Shown: in pieces, positions 1-9,067 of the stretch | Layout: each line of letters begins with the position of its first letter | How positions within the stretch are numbered: position 1 is the first letter of the stretch | Assembly: GCA_036505175.1 (NCBI GenBank) | Contig: DASXTV010000011.1 | Coordinates: 64,046 to 128,045 of the forward strand | Direction: 5' to 3' | Source: Gemmatimonadales bacterium | GTDB taxonomy: Bacteria > Gemmatimonadota > Gemmatimonadetes > Gemmatimonadales > GWC2-71-9 | Length of the DNA: 64,000 nt | Program-made: the position numbers and the translations under genes | The notes under the pieces: generated by a model | Databases searched by the model: none | Told to the model about the DNA's origin: nothing | What the model saw: only the letters and a program-made list of their open reading frames with translations

Positions 1-7
1 CCGCCTG

Positions 8-1120
8 TTGCAGGAGGCGGCGACGCGGTTGCCACCGCCGCGGGTGCGCGTAGCGATCACCGATCTCGCCTCCATGGTTCACGATGGGGAAGTCGTCGCC
101 GGCGAGCCGGCGGAGTCGGCGCCGCGCCGCGTGCGCATCGACGGGCAACGACGTGCCGTCGTAGCGGTCTTGATCGGATCGGGCCGCTGGGTCGAGCTCC
201 GCTCGGTGGCGGCCGAGGTCGAGGCTGTCCGCTGGTTGATCCTGCTGCTGCCCTGTGCGTTGCTGGGGCCGATCGCGATCGGGATCCTCCGCTGGGCACA
301 GCGCACGGCGCCGCGCAGCCGGCGCGAAACCGCGATTGCGTGGGGCTTCCTGGCGCCCGCCGCGCTGCACCTGACGATCTTCACGATCGGTCCGGCGATC
401 TATGCGATCTATCTCGCAAGCCAGGCGAACATCCGCGCGCTCGTGCGCGACCCGTTGACGTGGAATTCGTTTGTCACGAGCGCGGCGTATGCGTTGTACG
501 TTCCGGTATCGGTCGCTCTGGCGCTCGCGGCGGCCCTCGCCGTGCATCGCTACCGGCGGCGTGGGGGAGGAAAACTTTTCAGCGCCGCGTTCCTGCTTCC
601 GTACGTCTCGTCGGTGGTGGCGATGGCGTTGCTCTGGCAGGCGATCTACCGGGCCGGTTCGGTCGGGTTGGGCCGTCTCGACTGGCTGAGTAATTCGAAC
701 ACCGCCCTCTTCGCGCTGATGCTCGCGTCCGTCTGGGCGCACGTGGGTGGACAGATGCTCGTGTTCCTCGCTGCTTTGCAGGCCATCCCGCAGACCTACC
801 ACGATGCCGCGCTGGTGGACGGAGCCGGTGTCTGGCGCCGCTTCTGGCGCGTTACGCTACCGTTGCTACGACCGGTGACGTGGTTCGTGTTCCTGACGGG
901 CGTGATCAGCGCGCTGCAGATGTTCACGCTCGTCTTTGTGCTCACGCAGGGCGGTCCTGTGCACTCGACCGATGTTCTGGTCCATCGCGTCTACAGGACC
1001 GCGTTTGGACCGCATGCGTTGGGCATGGCGAGTGCGCTGGCCGTCATGCTCGCCGCGATCACGCTTGTCTTTCGGTGGCCGCAGCTCAAGCTGCTGCGCA
1101 GGCAGGCACGGCATGCGTAG
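8..1120 (+). CDS. sugar ABC transporter permease (MalF/UgpA-like); frame is open to the window edge so the 5' end may be missing
   Basis: 370-aa ORF with multiple hydrophobic spans and the permease EAA loop (DAALVDGAGVWRRFWRVTLPLLRP). Stop TAG 1118-1120 overlaps the ATG of the next permease (ATGCGTAG). Confidence 0.8.
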   Translation: MQEAATRLPPPRVRVAITDLASMVHDGEVVAGEPAESAPRRVRIDGQRRAVVAVLIGSGRWVELRSVAAEVEAVRWLILLLPCALLGPIAIGILRWAQRTAPRSRRETAIAWGFLAPAALHLTIFTIGPAIYAIYLASQANIRALVRDPLTWNSFVTSAAYALYVPVSVALALAAALAVHRYRRRGGGKLFSAAFLLPYVSSVVAMALLWQAIYRAGSVGLGRLDWLSNSNTALFALMLASVWAHVGGQMLVFLAALQAIPQTYHDAALVDGAGVWRRFWRVTLPLLRPVTWFVFLTGVISALQMFTLVFVLTQGGPVHSTDVLVHRVYRTAFGPHALGMASALAVMLAAITLVFRWPQLKLLRRQARHA

Positions 1121-1916
1121 GCTACTGCTGGGGGCGGTTGGCCTCGTGATGGTTGCTCCCTTCTTCTATATGGTCTCGGTCTCATTCATGGGTGAGACCG
1201 AGCTGCTGCGCTGGCCACCGCCATTACTTCCAGCCGCGCCCACGACCGGCAATTACTCGGCGGCGCTCGAGGCGCTGCCCTATGCCCGTGTCCTGCTGAA
1301 CACCGCCATGCTCGCCGGCTGCGTGATGGTGGGTCAGGTGCTGACGAGTGCGGCGGCGGGATATGCATTTGCGCGCCTGCGGTTCCCGGGTCGCGATGGA
1401 CTCGTTACCACATTGCTCGCCATGCTGGCGATTCCGGCGATTGTACTGGTGATCCCTCGCTACGTGATGATCGAAGCTCTGGGCTGGGTGGACAGCTATC
1501 CCGGTTTGATCTCGACAGAGCTCGTATCGGTATGGGGGATCTTCATGATGCGGCAGGCATTCGTGATGCTGCCGCGTGACGTGGAGGATGCGGCCCGGCT
1601 GGATGGAGCAGGGGAGTGGGCGCTGTTCTGGCGCGTGGCACTTCCCCTCGCCAGACCCGCGGTGGCGGCGCTGGCCGTGCTCGCGTTCGTGGACCAATGG
1701 CGCAACTTCCTCTGGCCGCTGGTCATCACTCGCTCAGGCAAGATGGAAGTCGCGGAGGTTGCGCTGGCGCATTTCCACACGGCGTACGCCGGCAATTGGC
1801 CGTATCAGATGGCGGCCGCCGTCCTGGTGACGCTGCCCGTGCTCGTGATCTGTCTCGTGGCCCACCGTTACGTGATGCAGGGCGTGAGCGTCAACGGTGC
1901 GCGAGTGCGTCTCTAG
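1113..1916 (+). CDS. sugar ABC transporter permease (MalG/UgpE-like)
   Basis: Internal ATG 1113 of ORF 936..1916 gives MRRLLLGAVGLVMVAPFFYM. EAA loop EDAARLDGAGEWALFWRVALPLARP. The upstream part of the track ORF overlaps the previous gene out of frame. Confidence 0.85.
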   Translation: MRRLLLGAVGLVMVAPFFYMVSVSFMGETELLRWPPPLLPAAPTTGNYSAALEALPYARVLLNTAMLAGCVMVGQVLTSAAAGYAFARLRFPGRDGLVTTLLAMLAIPAIVLVIPRYVMIEALGWVDSYPGLISTELVSVWGIFMMRQAFVMLPRDVEDAARLDGAGEWALFWRVALPLARPAVAALAVLAFVDQWRNFLWPLVITRSGKMEVAEVALAHFHTAYAGNWPYQMAAAVLVTLPVLVICLVAHRYVMQGVSVNGARVRL

Positions 1917-4636
1917 CGTCCCGGCGCTCCGAACGTCACAGCCCAGTCGAGATCTGCTGTAGTTCCGGCGGGCCATTCCACGACGGCGTGGCCGCTCTCC
2001 AGGCGCTTCACGGTACAGGCGACCTCCGACTTGCAGGCTCTCGGACGCAGGCCGCGTGGGACCGCGATCATCACGGCATAGGGGCGTCCGTCGAGATTGC
2101 GGGACTTCGCGTGGAGTGCACGCGTCGTGGCGTCCCACCGTTCCTCGTTGATGTCGATCGCACCCTGGACGATGTGCCGGGTAGAGCCGATGATCAGCGG
2201 CCGGCTCGCGCTCGGCCGCAGCGCGAGCACCAGCGAGGCATGAGGCTGGAGAGTGACGGCGAGCGTCTGTCCAACATCAGCCATCGGTCGCTCGCCCCAA
2301 ACGTCGTAGGCGGCAAACCGAGGTCCTGCTCCGGAAATTCCCACGGCCGCCAGACTCTGCGTTACGGTGCGCGGCTCGTCATCCCAATTCAGCAGCCCGA
2401 GTGTCCACCAGTGGGGAGCGCCTTCGACGATCCACGTGGACGCCGGCCGGTCGCGTGTGAAGCTCCACAGACCTCCCGGGCCACCGGTGTCGGTCACATG
2501 TACGGCGAGTACGTTGTCGCCGCCCCAGTTGAGCGCAGCGGCGGGTACGGCGTAGCGGCGATAGCGGCGCCAGCCGCTACTGCTCCCAACTTTCACTCCG
2601 TTGATGAATGTCTCGTCGCCATCATCGACCTTGCCGAGATCGAGACGCAGCGTGTCTGGAGCGTGTGACGCGGCGGGCAACGTGAAGTGCGTGCGATACC
2701 AGGCGGATCCATCGTAATCGGGATGACCGGCCTGCTCCCAGGTCAGCGGCACCGGAATCGTCTCCCACGTGTCGTCGTCGTAATCGCGCGCCGCGTATCG
2801 TGTGTCATCGCCGGTGCGAAATCGCCACGGCCCGCGCAAACGGACGACGGTACTGCCGGCACCGATCGCCGGGGCAATCTCCGGCTCGTCGCTTTGCGTC
2901 CCGACCGGACGCGGCGCCGACGGCGTCTGTGCGGCGACCGGGATCGTCTTCTGCAGAAGCGGCAAACGCTCGGCCGGGAGTTTGGGGAGATTGTCCGAGA
3001 AGATGCTCATCCCTCCGGACAGCGCCACGACGGAGGTCCACACGCGCGCCTCATCGAGCGTGAGCGGCGGCCGCACGACGAGGCAATCGGGGTCGTTGAG
3101 CCAAACGGACCGGTGATAAAAGCTGCGGAGCCCGGCCGCGCGCGCCGGTGACTGGATGCCGTTCCAGCTCGCGTTCACGTCGTTACCGATGCGCATGCCG
3201 TCTACCAAGCCTGCAGCATGTTGCAGCGGCGCGCCGCACCCGAGGAGGAATGCCTCCGTGCCGAGGCCCTCGCGCAGGGCGGCGAGCCCCCCGCGATAGG
3301 CTTCGGCGCGAGTGAGGCCGCCGTAGTGGGTCACGCCTCCCGTCGCCCATTCCAGAAAGTCGATCTTCAGGTAGTCGTAGCCCCACTCGCGCACCACCCG
3401 GCGCGCGAGGTCGTACAGCCACTGCTGCGCATCGGGGTGCGCGCCATCGAGTGCGAGAATCCGGCCGCCCCATGGCTCCCGCGTGTCCATGACGAGCGGA
3501 GTCGCCTCGGGAGCCGGACCCTTGAGGAGCCACGCCGGATTCTTTCTCACGACGTCCGATCCTTCAGCGACCGCAAAGGGCGCAATCCAGAGCCCTGCCT
3601 GAAAGCCCGCCGCGTGAATGCGATCGGTGAGCCAACGGTGGCCATGCGGGAACTTGGCGTTGGTGTCCCAGTCACCCGCGGCGCGCTCGTACCCATCGTC
3701 GAGCTGGATGTAGCGAAAGAAGCGGCGGTCGAAGTGGGCCGCGCAGAAGTCGATGTTCGCGAGCATGTCGGCTTCGGTCACATCGGCACCGAGCTCGTAC
3801 CACGAGCACCATCCGGTAGGGACTGTAAGCGCGGCGACACGTTCGCGGTCCACAGATGATGCAGGCTTGACGCAGGCGGTCAGCGCGTCGAGGCCATCGC
3901 CCGCGGGGAGATAGGCGATACGCAGGGTTGCCCGATCCCCATCGGGCCGGAGCGGACGGGGGGGGAGCCACTCACTCATGGCCTCGACGCCACCGTCGGC
4001 AGCCAGCTTGACCTTCCCCTCACCCGCCTCACCGGGATCCCATACGGCGGCGATGCCGTGTCCTGCACGACTCAGTCCGATAGCGCCATAGCTGGTTGCG
4101 TCGGCCGGCAACGGAGTCACGCGACAAGCGCTCCACGATTGGTACCCGCTCACGAGGGCGATGAGAGGGCCGTCACCTGGAAGGACTTGTGGCTCAGAAG
4201 TTGCGAACAAGCGAATACCACGGATCGTAGCGAGCACGCGATCGGGATAGACGGTGACGGTGATGGCGCCGCGTGCCTCGGAGTCCAGAGCAAAGAACTC
4301 CGCCTCGATCCATACGCTGCCGGATGCGGTACCTGCGGGAGCCGGGGTGGGAGTTCGTCCCCGGATCACCAGGGATTCGCCGCCGGGTGGGCGGCGGTTC
4401 CCTACGCTGACGTCTTCCAAGTCGGCCAGGGTAACGAGCGTATCGCCGATCCAGACGCCCAGTGCTGCATTTCGCAGCAAGGGGACGGACCGGTCGGGGC
4501 CGTTGTACCACAGGGCGAGGCGGCGCTGATCGTCGAGATCGAAACGCAGGCTCCCCACGGCTCGCAGCGGGCGGAGACGGGGAGGACGCCAGAGGGCAGC
4601 AGCACCAGTGAGGAGAACGAACGTGCGCCGGTCCAT
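1913..4636 (-). CDS. Tat-exported GH36-like alpha-galactosidase with a GH2-type sugar-binding-like domain
   Basis: ORF 1913..4783 trimmed to ATG 4636 (MDRRTFVLLTGAAALW, twin-arginine motif). The CSWYELG...YIQLDDGY...GLWIAPF core is typical of the melibiase clan. The later DDDTWETIPVPLTWEQ...SAWYRTHFTLP...FINGVKVG segment resembles a galactose-binding jelly roll. Confidence 0.75.
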   Translation of the reverse strand: MDRRTFVLLTGAAALWRPPRLRPLRAVGSLRFDLDDQRRLALWYNGPDRSVPLLRNAALGVWIGDTLVTLADLEDVSVGNRRPPGGESLVIRGRTPTPAPAGTASGSVWIEAEFFALDSEARGAITVTVYPDRVLATIRGIRLFATSEPQVLPGDGPLIALVSGYQSWSACRVTPLPADATSYGAIGLSRAGHGIAAVWDPGEAGEGKVKLAADGGVEAMSEWLPPRPLRPDGDRATLRIAYLPAGDGLDALTACVKPASSVDRERVAALTVPTGWCSWYELGADVTEADMLANIDFCAAHFDRRFFRYIQLDDGYERAAGDWDTNAKFPHGHRWLTDRIHAAGFQAGLWIAPFAVAEGSDVVRKNPAWLLKGPAPEATPLVMDTREPWGGRILALDGAHPDAQQWLYDLARRVVREWGYDYLKIDFLEWATGGVTHYGGLTRAEAYRGGLAALREGLGTEAFLLGCGAPLQHAAGLVDGMRIGNDVNASWNGIQSPARAAGLRSFYHRSVWLNDPDCLVVRPPLTLDEARVWTSVVALSGGMSIFSDNLPKLPAERLPLLQKTIPVAAQTPSAPRPVGTQSDEPEIAPAIGAGSTVVRLRGPWRFRTGDDTRYAARDYDDDTWETIPVPLTWEQAGHPDYDGSAWYRTHFTLPAASHAPDTLRLDLGKVDDGDETFINGVKVGSSSGWRRYRRYAVPAAALNWGGDNVLAVHVTDTGGPGGLWSFTRDRPASTWIVEGAPHWWTLGLLNWDDEPRTVTQSLAAVGISGAGPRFAAYDVWGERPMADVGQTLAVTLQPHASLVLALRPSASRPLIIGSTRHIVQGAIDINEERWDATTRALHAKSRNLDGRPYAVMIAVPRGLRPRACKSEVACTVKRLESGHAVVEWPAGTTADLDWAVTFGAPGR

Positions 4637-5267
4637 GATACCAATGTTGGTTGCGCTGAGTGCTTTGTCTACGACACTGGTCGCGCAATCGAATGCGTCG
4701 CAATCAAATAATGCGTCGCAATCAAATAATGCGGCGCAATCAAATAATGCGGTGCAATCAAATAAGGAACGACCGCACGCCATCGGCTTCGGTTTCGTGG
4801 CGACGCTCGGCGCGTACTGGCAGATCGAAGCAGCCGAGATCGGTTACGTGCGCCGGCCGTCGCGTGGGCTTGCCGCGATCGGACTCTCCGGCCGCATCGG
4901 AACGTTCATGAACGAGAGCACGATGCTGGGTGGCACGCGGGGCGTTGTGTTCGCCGCAACGCTGTCCGCCCGGACACGCATGAAGTCCATCGCGCAATTT
5001 GGTGCGGAGGAGCCCGGCACCGGCATCGGGTTCGACCTGACCTTTGAGCTCAGCGGCTACACGGCCGCGCGCTCTCCGATGACGCTCGGCTCCCATTGGG
5101 CTGCCATCTCAGTCCTGCCGGCGTTCAGCGTGGGGAGCGGCAGCTCTCCGCACTTCGGCATTGTGATCGGCCCCACCGCCTTCTTCAGCGGCGGGAAGCC
5201 GGTTTTGCGCGGTCAGCTCGCGTTCCGCGGCGAGGCGCCGCTGGCGCGCCGGGAGCGCCATCCCTAG
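4635..5267 (+). CDS. hypothetical secreted / outer-membrane beta-strand-rich protein with N-terminal (QSNNAx) hexapeptide repeats
   Basis: ATG 4635 gives MIPMLVALSALSTTLVAQS (signal-like). High third-position GC after the repeat region supports coding. Alternating hydrophobic pattern. No later canonical start is available before residue ~100. Confidence 0.55.
   Translation: MIPMLVALSALSTTLVAQSNASQSNNASQSNNAAQSNNAVQSNKERPHAIGFGFVATLGAYWQIEAAEIGYVRRPSRGLAAIGLSGRIGTFMNESTMLGGTRGVVFAATLSARTRMKSIAQFGAEEPGTGIGFDLTFELSGYTAARSPMTLGSHWAAISVLPAFSVGSGSSPHFGIVIGPTAFFSGGKPVLRGQLAFRGEAPLARRERHP
4685..4767. repeat. 18-bp tandem repeat GCAATCAAATAATGCGnn, about 4.5 copies, AT-rich island
   Basis: Copies read directly at 4700-4717, 4718-4735 and 4736-4753, with a degenerate copy 4685-4699 and a partial copy 4754-4767. 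Confidence 0.9.
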
Positions 5268-5279
5268 GTTAGCGACCTT

Positions 5280-6845
5280 ATGGTCGCGCCGACGCTAACC
5301 TCCGACAATCCTGGTCTCGAGGTCCTCGCCGAAGTTGCCAGAGTGCTGGCCACCGCCCGGGGAGGGCCCGCCGAAGAGGGTCTGGCCGGAGTGGTGGGCG
5401 TGCTGCGCCGGAGCCTCGCGCTGCGCCGCTGTCGGCTCTGGCTGCGCACGCCGGACGGCTCCCAGTTTATCCCCATCGCCAGTCCCGAAGACGAAGCGCC
5501 CGTTCCCGGATTCACGTCCGCCGTCGCCGGTTGGGTGGCGGAAGGAGTCCACAGCGAATCGGTCCCGGGCGGCACGCTCCTGCGCCTGCCACTGGTTCAC
5601 GAGGCTGAAGCCTTCGGCTGTTTCGAAGTCATCATTCCGCAGGGTCGCTTGGAGCGGATGGCGCACGACGTCTTGGTCGTCGTGGCGCAAATGCTCGCGC
5701 CCGTTCTGGCGGCGAACGAGCTGTCCCAGGACCTTGCCTCGGAGGTCGCCCTCCGCACGCGGGAGCTCGAAGCACAGCGCAACTTTGCCGCTCGGATCAT
5801 CGACTCGCTCCCGGTCGGCCTGTACGTGATCGATCGGGGCTACCGCATCCGGGCCTGGAACCGCAAACGCGAGGCGGGCACGCAGGGGGTGTCGCGCGAA
5901 GATGCGCTGGGGCGCGAGGTGTTCGAGGTGCTGGACCGCCAGCCCCGCGACCTGCTGAAGCTCGAGTTCGATCGCGTGTTCACGACGGGGGAGATCCAGA
6001 CCGTCGAGATGGATTCGCAGACCACCGGCGAGGCGCGGCACTATCGCATTACCAAGATTCCGATGCGGATGGACGACGAGGATATCTCCTACGTCATCAC
6101 GATCGGCGAAGACGTGACCGCGTGGCGCCAGGCGCAGCAGCGCCTCGCGCAAAGCGAGAAGCTGGCCGCCGTCGGCCAGCTCGCCGCCGGGGTCATGCAC
6201 GAGATCAACAACCCGCTCGCGACGATTCTCGCCTGCAGCGAAGCGCTCGGCCTGCGCGTCGCCGACCTGCCGGAAGCCGAGCGCCAGGCTCAGGAGGAGT
6301 ACCTCCGGATCGTCGATACGGAGGTACAGCGCTGCCGCCGGATCGTGGAAGGCCTGCTCGATTTCTCCCGTCCCAAGCAAAGCGCCCACAAGGTCCCCGC
6401 AAAGATCAACGCGATCATCGAGCAGACCTTGTTTCTCCTCAAGCATCACGAGCGCTTCAAGTGGCTCACGATCGAGCGGCAGCTGGCAGATGGGTTGCCC
6501 GAGTTTCCGGCCGACGCCGAGCGTCTGGTGCAATGCTTCATGGCGCTGATGCTGAACGCGATGGACGCGATGAACTCGCGCGGTGTGCTCACGGTGCGCA
6601 CGCGCCGCAATCCGCAGCGGCGCGACGAAATCCTGGCGGAGTTTATCGATACGGGCACAGGCATCCGGCAGGAAGATCTGCCCAAGATCTTCGAGCCGTT
6701 CTTCACGACGAAGCCACAGGGCCGCGGCACGGGCCTGGGCCTGTCGGTCGCGTACGGCATCGTCGAGGAGCATCGCGGCCGCATCGAGGTAGAATCGCAG
6801 ATAGGTGTGGGCACCAACTTCAAGGTGTTCCTTCCGGTCGGATGA
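5280..6845 (+). CDS. cytoplasmic sensor histidine kinase (GAF-like, PAS, HisKA, HATPase_c)
   Basis: H-box SEKLAAVGQLAAGVMHEINNPL; N/G boxes LMLNAMDAM and DTGTGI...GRGTGLGLSV. PAS-like IIDSLPVGLYVIDRGYRIRAWN. No TM segments. Confidence 0.9.
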   Translation: MVAPTLTSDNPGLEVLAEVARVLATARGGPAEEGLAGVVGVLRRSLALRRCRLWLRTPDGSQFIPIASPEDEAPVPGFTSAVAGWVAEGVHSESVPGGTLLRLPLVHEAEAFGCFEVIIPQGRLERMAHDVLVVVAQMLAPVLAANELSQDLASEVALRTRELEAQRNFAARIIDSLPVGLYVIDRGYRIRAWNRKREAGTQGVSREDALGREVFEVLDRQPRDLLKLEFDRVFTTGEIQTVEMDSQTTGEARHYRITKIPMRMDDEDISYVITIGEDVTAWRQAQQRLAQSEKLAAVGQLAAGVMHEINNPLATILACSEALGLRVADLPEAERQAQEEYLRIVDTEVQRCRRIVEGLLDFSRPKQSAHKVPAKINAIIEQTLFLLKHHERFKWLTIERQLADGLPEFPADAERLVQCFMALMLNAMDAMNSRGVLTVRTRRNPQRRDEILAEFIDTGTGIRQEDLPKIFEPFFTTKPQGRGTGLGLSVAYGIVEEHRGRIEVESQIGVGTNFKVFLPVG

Positions 6846-7516
6846 AAATCCTCGTCGTTGAGGACGACAAGACGGTAGGTGATTATGTGCGCCGCGGTCT
6901 GGACGAGGCGGGGTACCACGTCGACCTCGTCGGGGACGGAGACGAGGGGCTCCGTCGTGCCAGCGGGCGCGGCGCGAACTACGACATCATGGTCCTCGAT
7001 CTACGCCTGCCGAAGGTCTCCGGCATCGACGTGTTGCGGACCCTGCGCGACCGCGGCCTGGGATTGCCGGTGCTCGTCCTCACGGCGCAGGACTCGGTGG
7101 ACTTCAAAGTCCAGGCGCTGCGCATGGGGGCGGACGACTACGTGACGAAGCCGTTCGCGTTCGAGGAGCTGCTGGCGCGGGTCGAGGCGCTGGGACGTCG
7201 GCCGAAGGCGATCGCCCCGCCCACGCTGAAGGTGAACGGGCTGCTGCTCGACACGGGCAGCCGCGAGGTGACGCGTGACGGCAAGCGCATCGAGCTGACG
7301 CCGAAGGAATACGCCGTGCTCGAGTATCTCATGCGGCATCAGGGTCGCGTGATGTCGCGCACACTGATCACCGAATACGCCTGGGATTATCACTTCGATC
7401 CCGGGACGAACATCGTGGACGTGGTCATCACGCGTCTGCGCAAGAAGATCGATCACGCGAAGGAACCCAAGCTGATCCATACGGTGCGCGGCGTGGGATA
7501 CGTGGTGCGGGCGTAG
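6842..7516 (+). CDS. OmpR/PhoB-family response regulator (CusR/CopR-like winged helix)
   Basis: ATG 6842 overlaps the kinase stop (ATGA). MKILVVEDDK...VLDLRLP receiver domain; C-terminal LTPKEYAVLEYLMRH...IHTVRGVGYV. The track ORF 6122..7516 has a spurious N-terminal extension. Confidence 0.9.
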   Translation: MKILVVEDDKTVGDYVRRGLDEAGYHVDLVGDGDEGLRRASGRGANYDIMVLDLRLPKVSGIDVLRTLRDRGLGLPVLVLTAQDSVDFKVQALRMGADDYVTKPFAFEELLARVEALGRRPKAIAPPTLKVNGLLLDTGSREVTRDGKRIELTPKEYAVLEYLMRHQGRVMSRTLITEYAWDYHFDPGTNIVDVVITRLRKKIDHAKEPKLIHTVRGVGYVVRA

Positions 7517-7518
7517 AC

Positions 7519-8970
7519 GTGGAGAGCATTCGCGCGCGGATGACGGTCTGGTACGCCACCGCGCTGATCCTCAGCATCGCCGTATTTGCGCTGGTCCTCT
7601 ATTTCGCGCGCCGCAGCGCCACCTACCAAGATCTCGATCGCCGCATTCAATCGGAGGCCGACCTGACGGCGGGCATTCTCGCCGAGAGTTATCACGCGCG
7701 CGGCGTGCTGGTGGAGCAGGATACGGCCGGACGGCCCGTGTTGACGCAGGACGTCGCGGCGGTGCTCGAGGTCGTGCCCGACTTCCTGCTCGTCACGAGC
7801 CGCGACGGCCGGCTGCTGTTTGCCTCGCCCGACGCGCGCGCGCTCACCTTCGCCGAGTTCGAGCAGTTGAACGCGATCACGCGTCCGCCCTCTCCCCCCG
7901 CGGGGGCGCCGCACGTGCCGGGCCGCTTTCGGATCGAGCCCAACGGCCCGACGCTGCACTACATCGTGCGCGCGGTGCCGGACGCCGGCGATCAGTTCGG
8001 CGCCATCTTTGCGGGCGCGAATACGCGTTCCGCGGAGCTTCAGATCGAGCAGCTGCTGCTGACGATCGTGATCGCGTTCTTCGTCGGCGTGGTACCGGCC
8101 ATCCTGGTCGGCGGTTGGATCGCCGGCCGCGCGCTCGAGCCGGTGGACCGGATGATCACGGAGGTTCGCGAAATCACCGACGGCCGGAGCCTGCACCGGC
8201 GCCTCGCGGTCCCGATGGAGCGCGACGAGCTGGGCCGGCTCGCCGAGACGCTGAATCAGATGATGACGCGCCTGGAGCGCAGCTTCGCAGCGCTGCGGCG
8301 CTTCACCGCGGACGCGAGCCACGAGCTCAAGACCCCCCTCACGGTCGTGCGCGCCGGGGTGGAGCGCGCGATCACGCGCCCGGACATGCCGCCGGAAACG
8401 CTCGCGGCGCTGGAGGAAACGCTCCAGGAGGTGAACCGCATGACGGAGCTGCTCGAGTCGCTGCTCACGCTGGCGCGCGCCGACGAGGGACGCGCCGATC
8501 TGCACCGCGAGCCGGTCGATCTGCGTGAGATCATCGAAGAAGCGGGCGAGACCGGGGAGCTGCTCGCCGAGCACGCCGGTGTCGGCATCGAGATCCGCCT
8601 CCCGGGCGAGCCGGTCGTGCTCTCGGTGGACCGCAGCCGGGTGCGGCAGCTGGCTCTCAATCTCATCGAGAACGCGGTGAAGTATACGCCGCGTGGTGGG
8701 CAAGTCTCGGTCGAGCTCGTCAGCAACGACGGGCGCGTGGTGTTCACGGTCGCGGACACCGGCATCGGCATCGCGCCGGGCGACCTGCCGCACGTGTTCG
8801 ATCGGTTCTGGCGCGCGGATTCCGCGCGGACGCGCACGAGTGAGCGTGCCGGCACCGGGCTCGGTCTCGCCATCAGCAAGTGGATCGCGGAAGCGCACGG
8901 CGGCACGATCGAGGTGCAAAGCCGTCCGGGAAGGGGGACGACGTTTACGGTGGGGTTGCCGAGCGGCTAG
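7519..8970 (+). CDS. membrane sensor histidine kinase (2 TM, HAMP, HisKA, HATPase_c; CusS-like)
   Basis: GTG 7519 lies 2 nt after the regulator stop. FTADASHELKTPLT H-box, GTGLGLAISKWI G-box, TM helices near residues 10-30 and 175-200. Confidence 0.9.
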   Translation: MESIRARMTVWYATALILSIAVFALVLYFARRSATYQDLDRRIQSEADLTAGILAESYHARGVLVEQDTAGRPVLTQDVAAVLEVVPDFLLVTSRDGRLLFASPDARALTFAEFEQLNAITRPPSPPAGAPHVPGRFRIEPNGPTLHYIVRAVPDAGDQFGAIFAGANTRSAELQIEQLLLTIVIAFFVGVVPAILVGGWIAGRALEPVDRMITEVREITDGRSLHRRLAVPMERDELGRLAETLNQMMTRLERSFAALRRFTADASHELKTPLTVVRAGVERAITRPDMPPETLAALEETLQEVNRMTELLESLLTLARADEGRADLHREPVDLREIIEEAGETGELLAEHAGVGIEIRLPGEPVVLSVDRSRVRQLALNLIENAVKYTPRGGQVSVELVSNDGRVVFTVADTGIGIAPGDLPHVFDRFWRADSARTRTSERAGTGLGLAISKWIAEAHGGTIEVQSRPGRGTTFTVGLPSG

Positions 8971-9067
8971 ATCCACACGCAGTTGTCATCATCCCGTAAT
9001 TGACGTGCAAGTGCCGGGTCACCGGTCATCGGTATCTCTCAGATGACACTCTAGCTGAGAGCCGACC

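Noticed and set aside
4685-4767. The 18-bp tandem repeat considered as a CRISPR array.
   Set aside because: The units are directly adjacent with no spacers, the unit is too short, and there are no cas genes in the window.
5295-6773. Long antisense ORFs opposite well-supported genes. Examples: 5295..6773(-), 7453..8976(-), 10806..11855(-), 17641..18807(-), 25701..27407(-), 31338..33371(-), 34632..35690(-), 41235..42713(-), 46085..47956(-), 49758..51056(-), 56972..58300(-).
   Set aside because: They lie opposite genes with clear family motifs. Their products are Arg/Pro/Gly/Asp-rich low-complexity sequences with no recognisable domains. This is the expected stop-codon-poor shadow of high-GC coding DNA.
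6122-7516. N-terminal extensions of several track ORFs: 6122..7516, 936..1916, 44784..45866, 45596..46627, 48927..51068, 41178..42569, 58989..59246, 43710..44126.
   Set aside because: The extensions overlap the preceding gene in another frame and are compositionally junk. Internal starts with SD-like sequences, or stop/start overlaps, reproduce canonical family N-termini.
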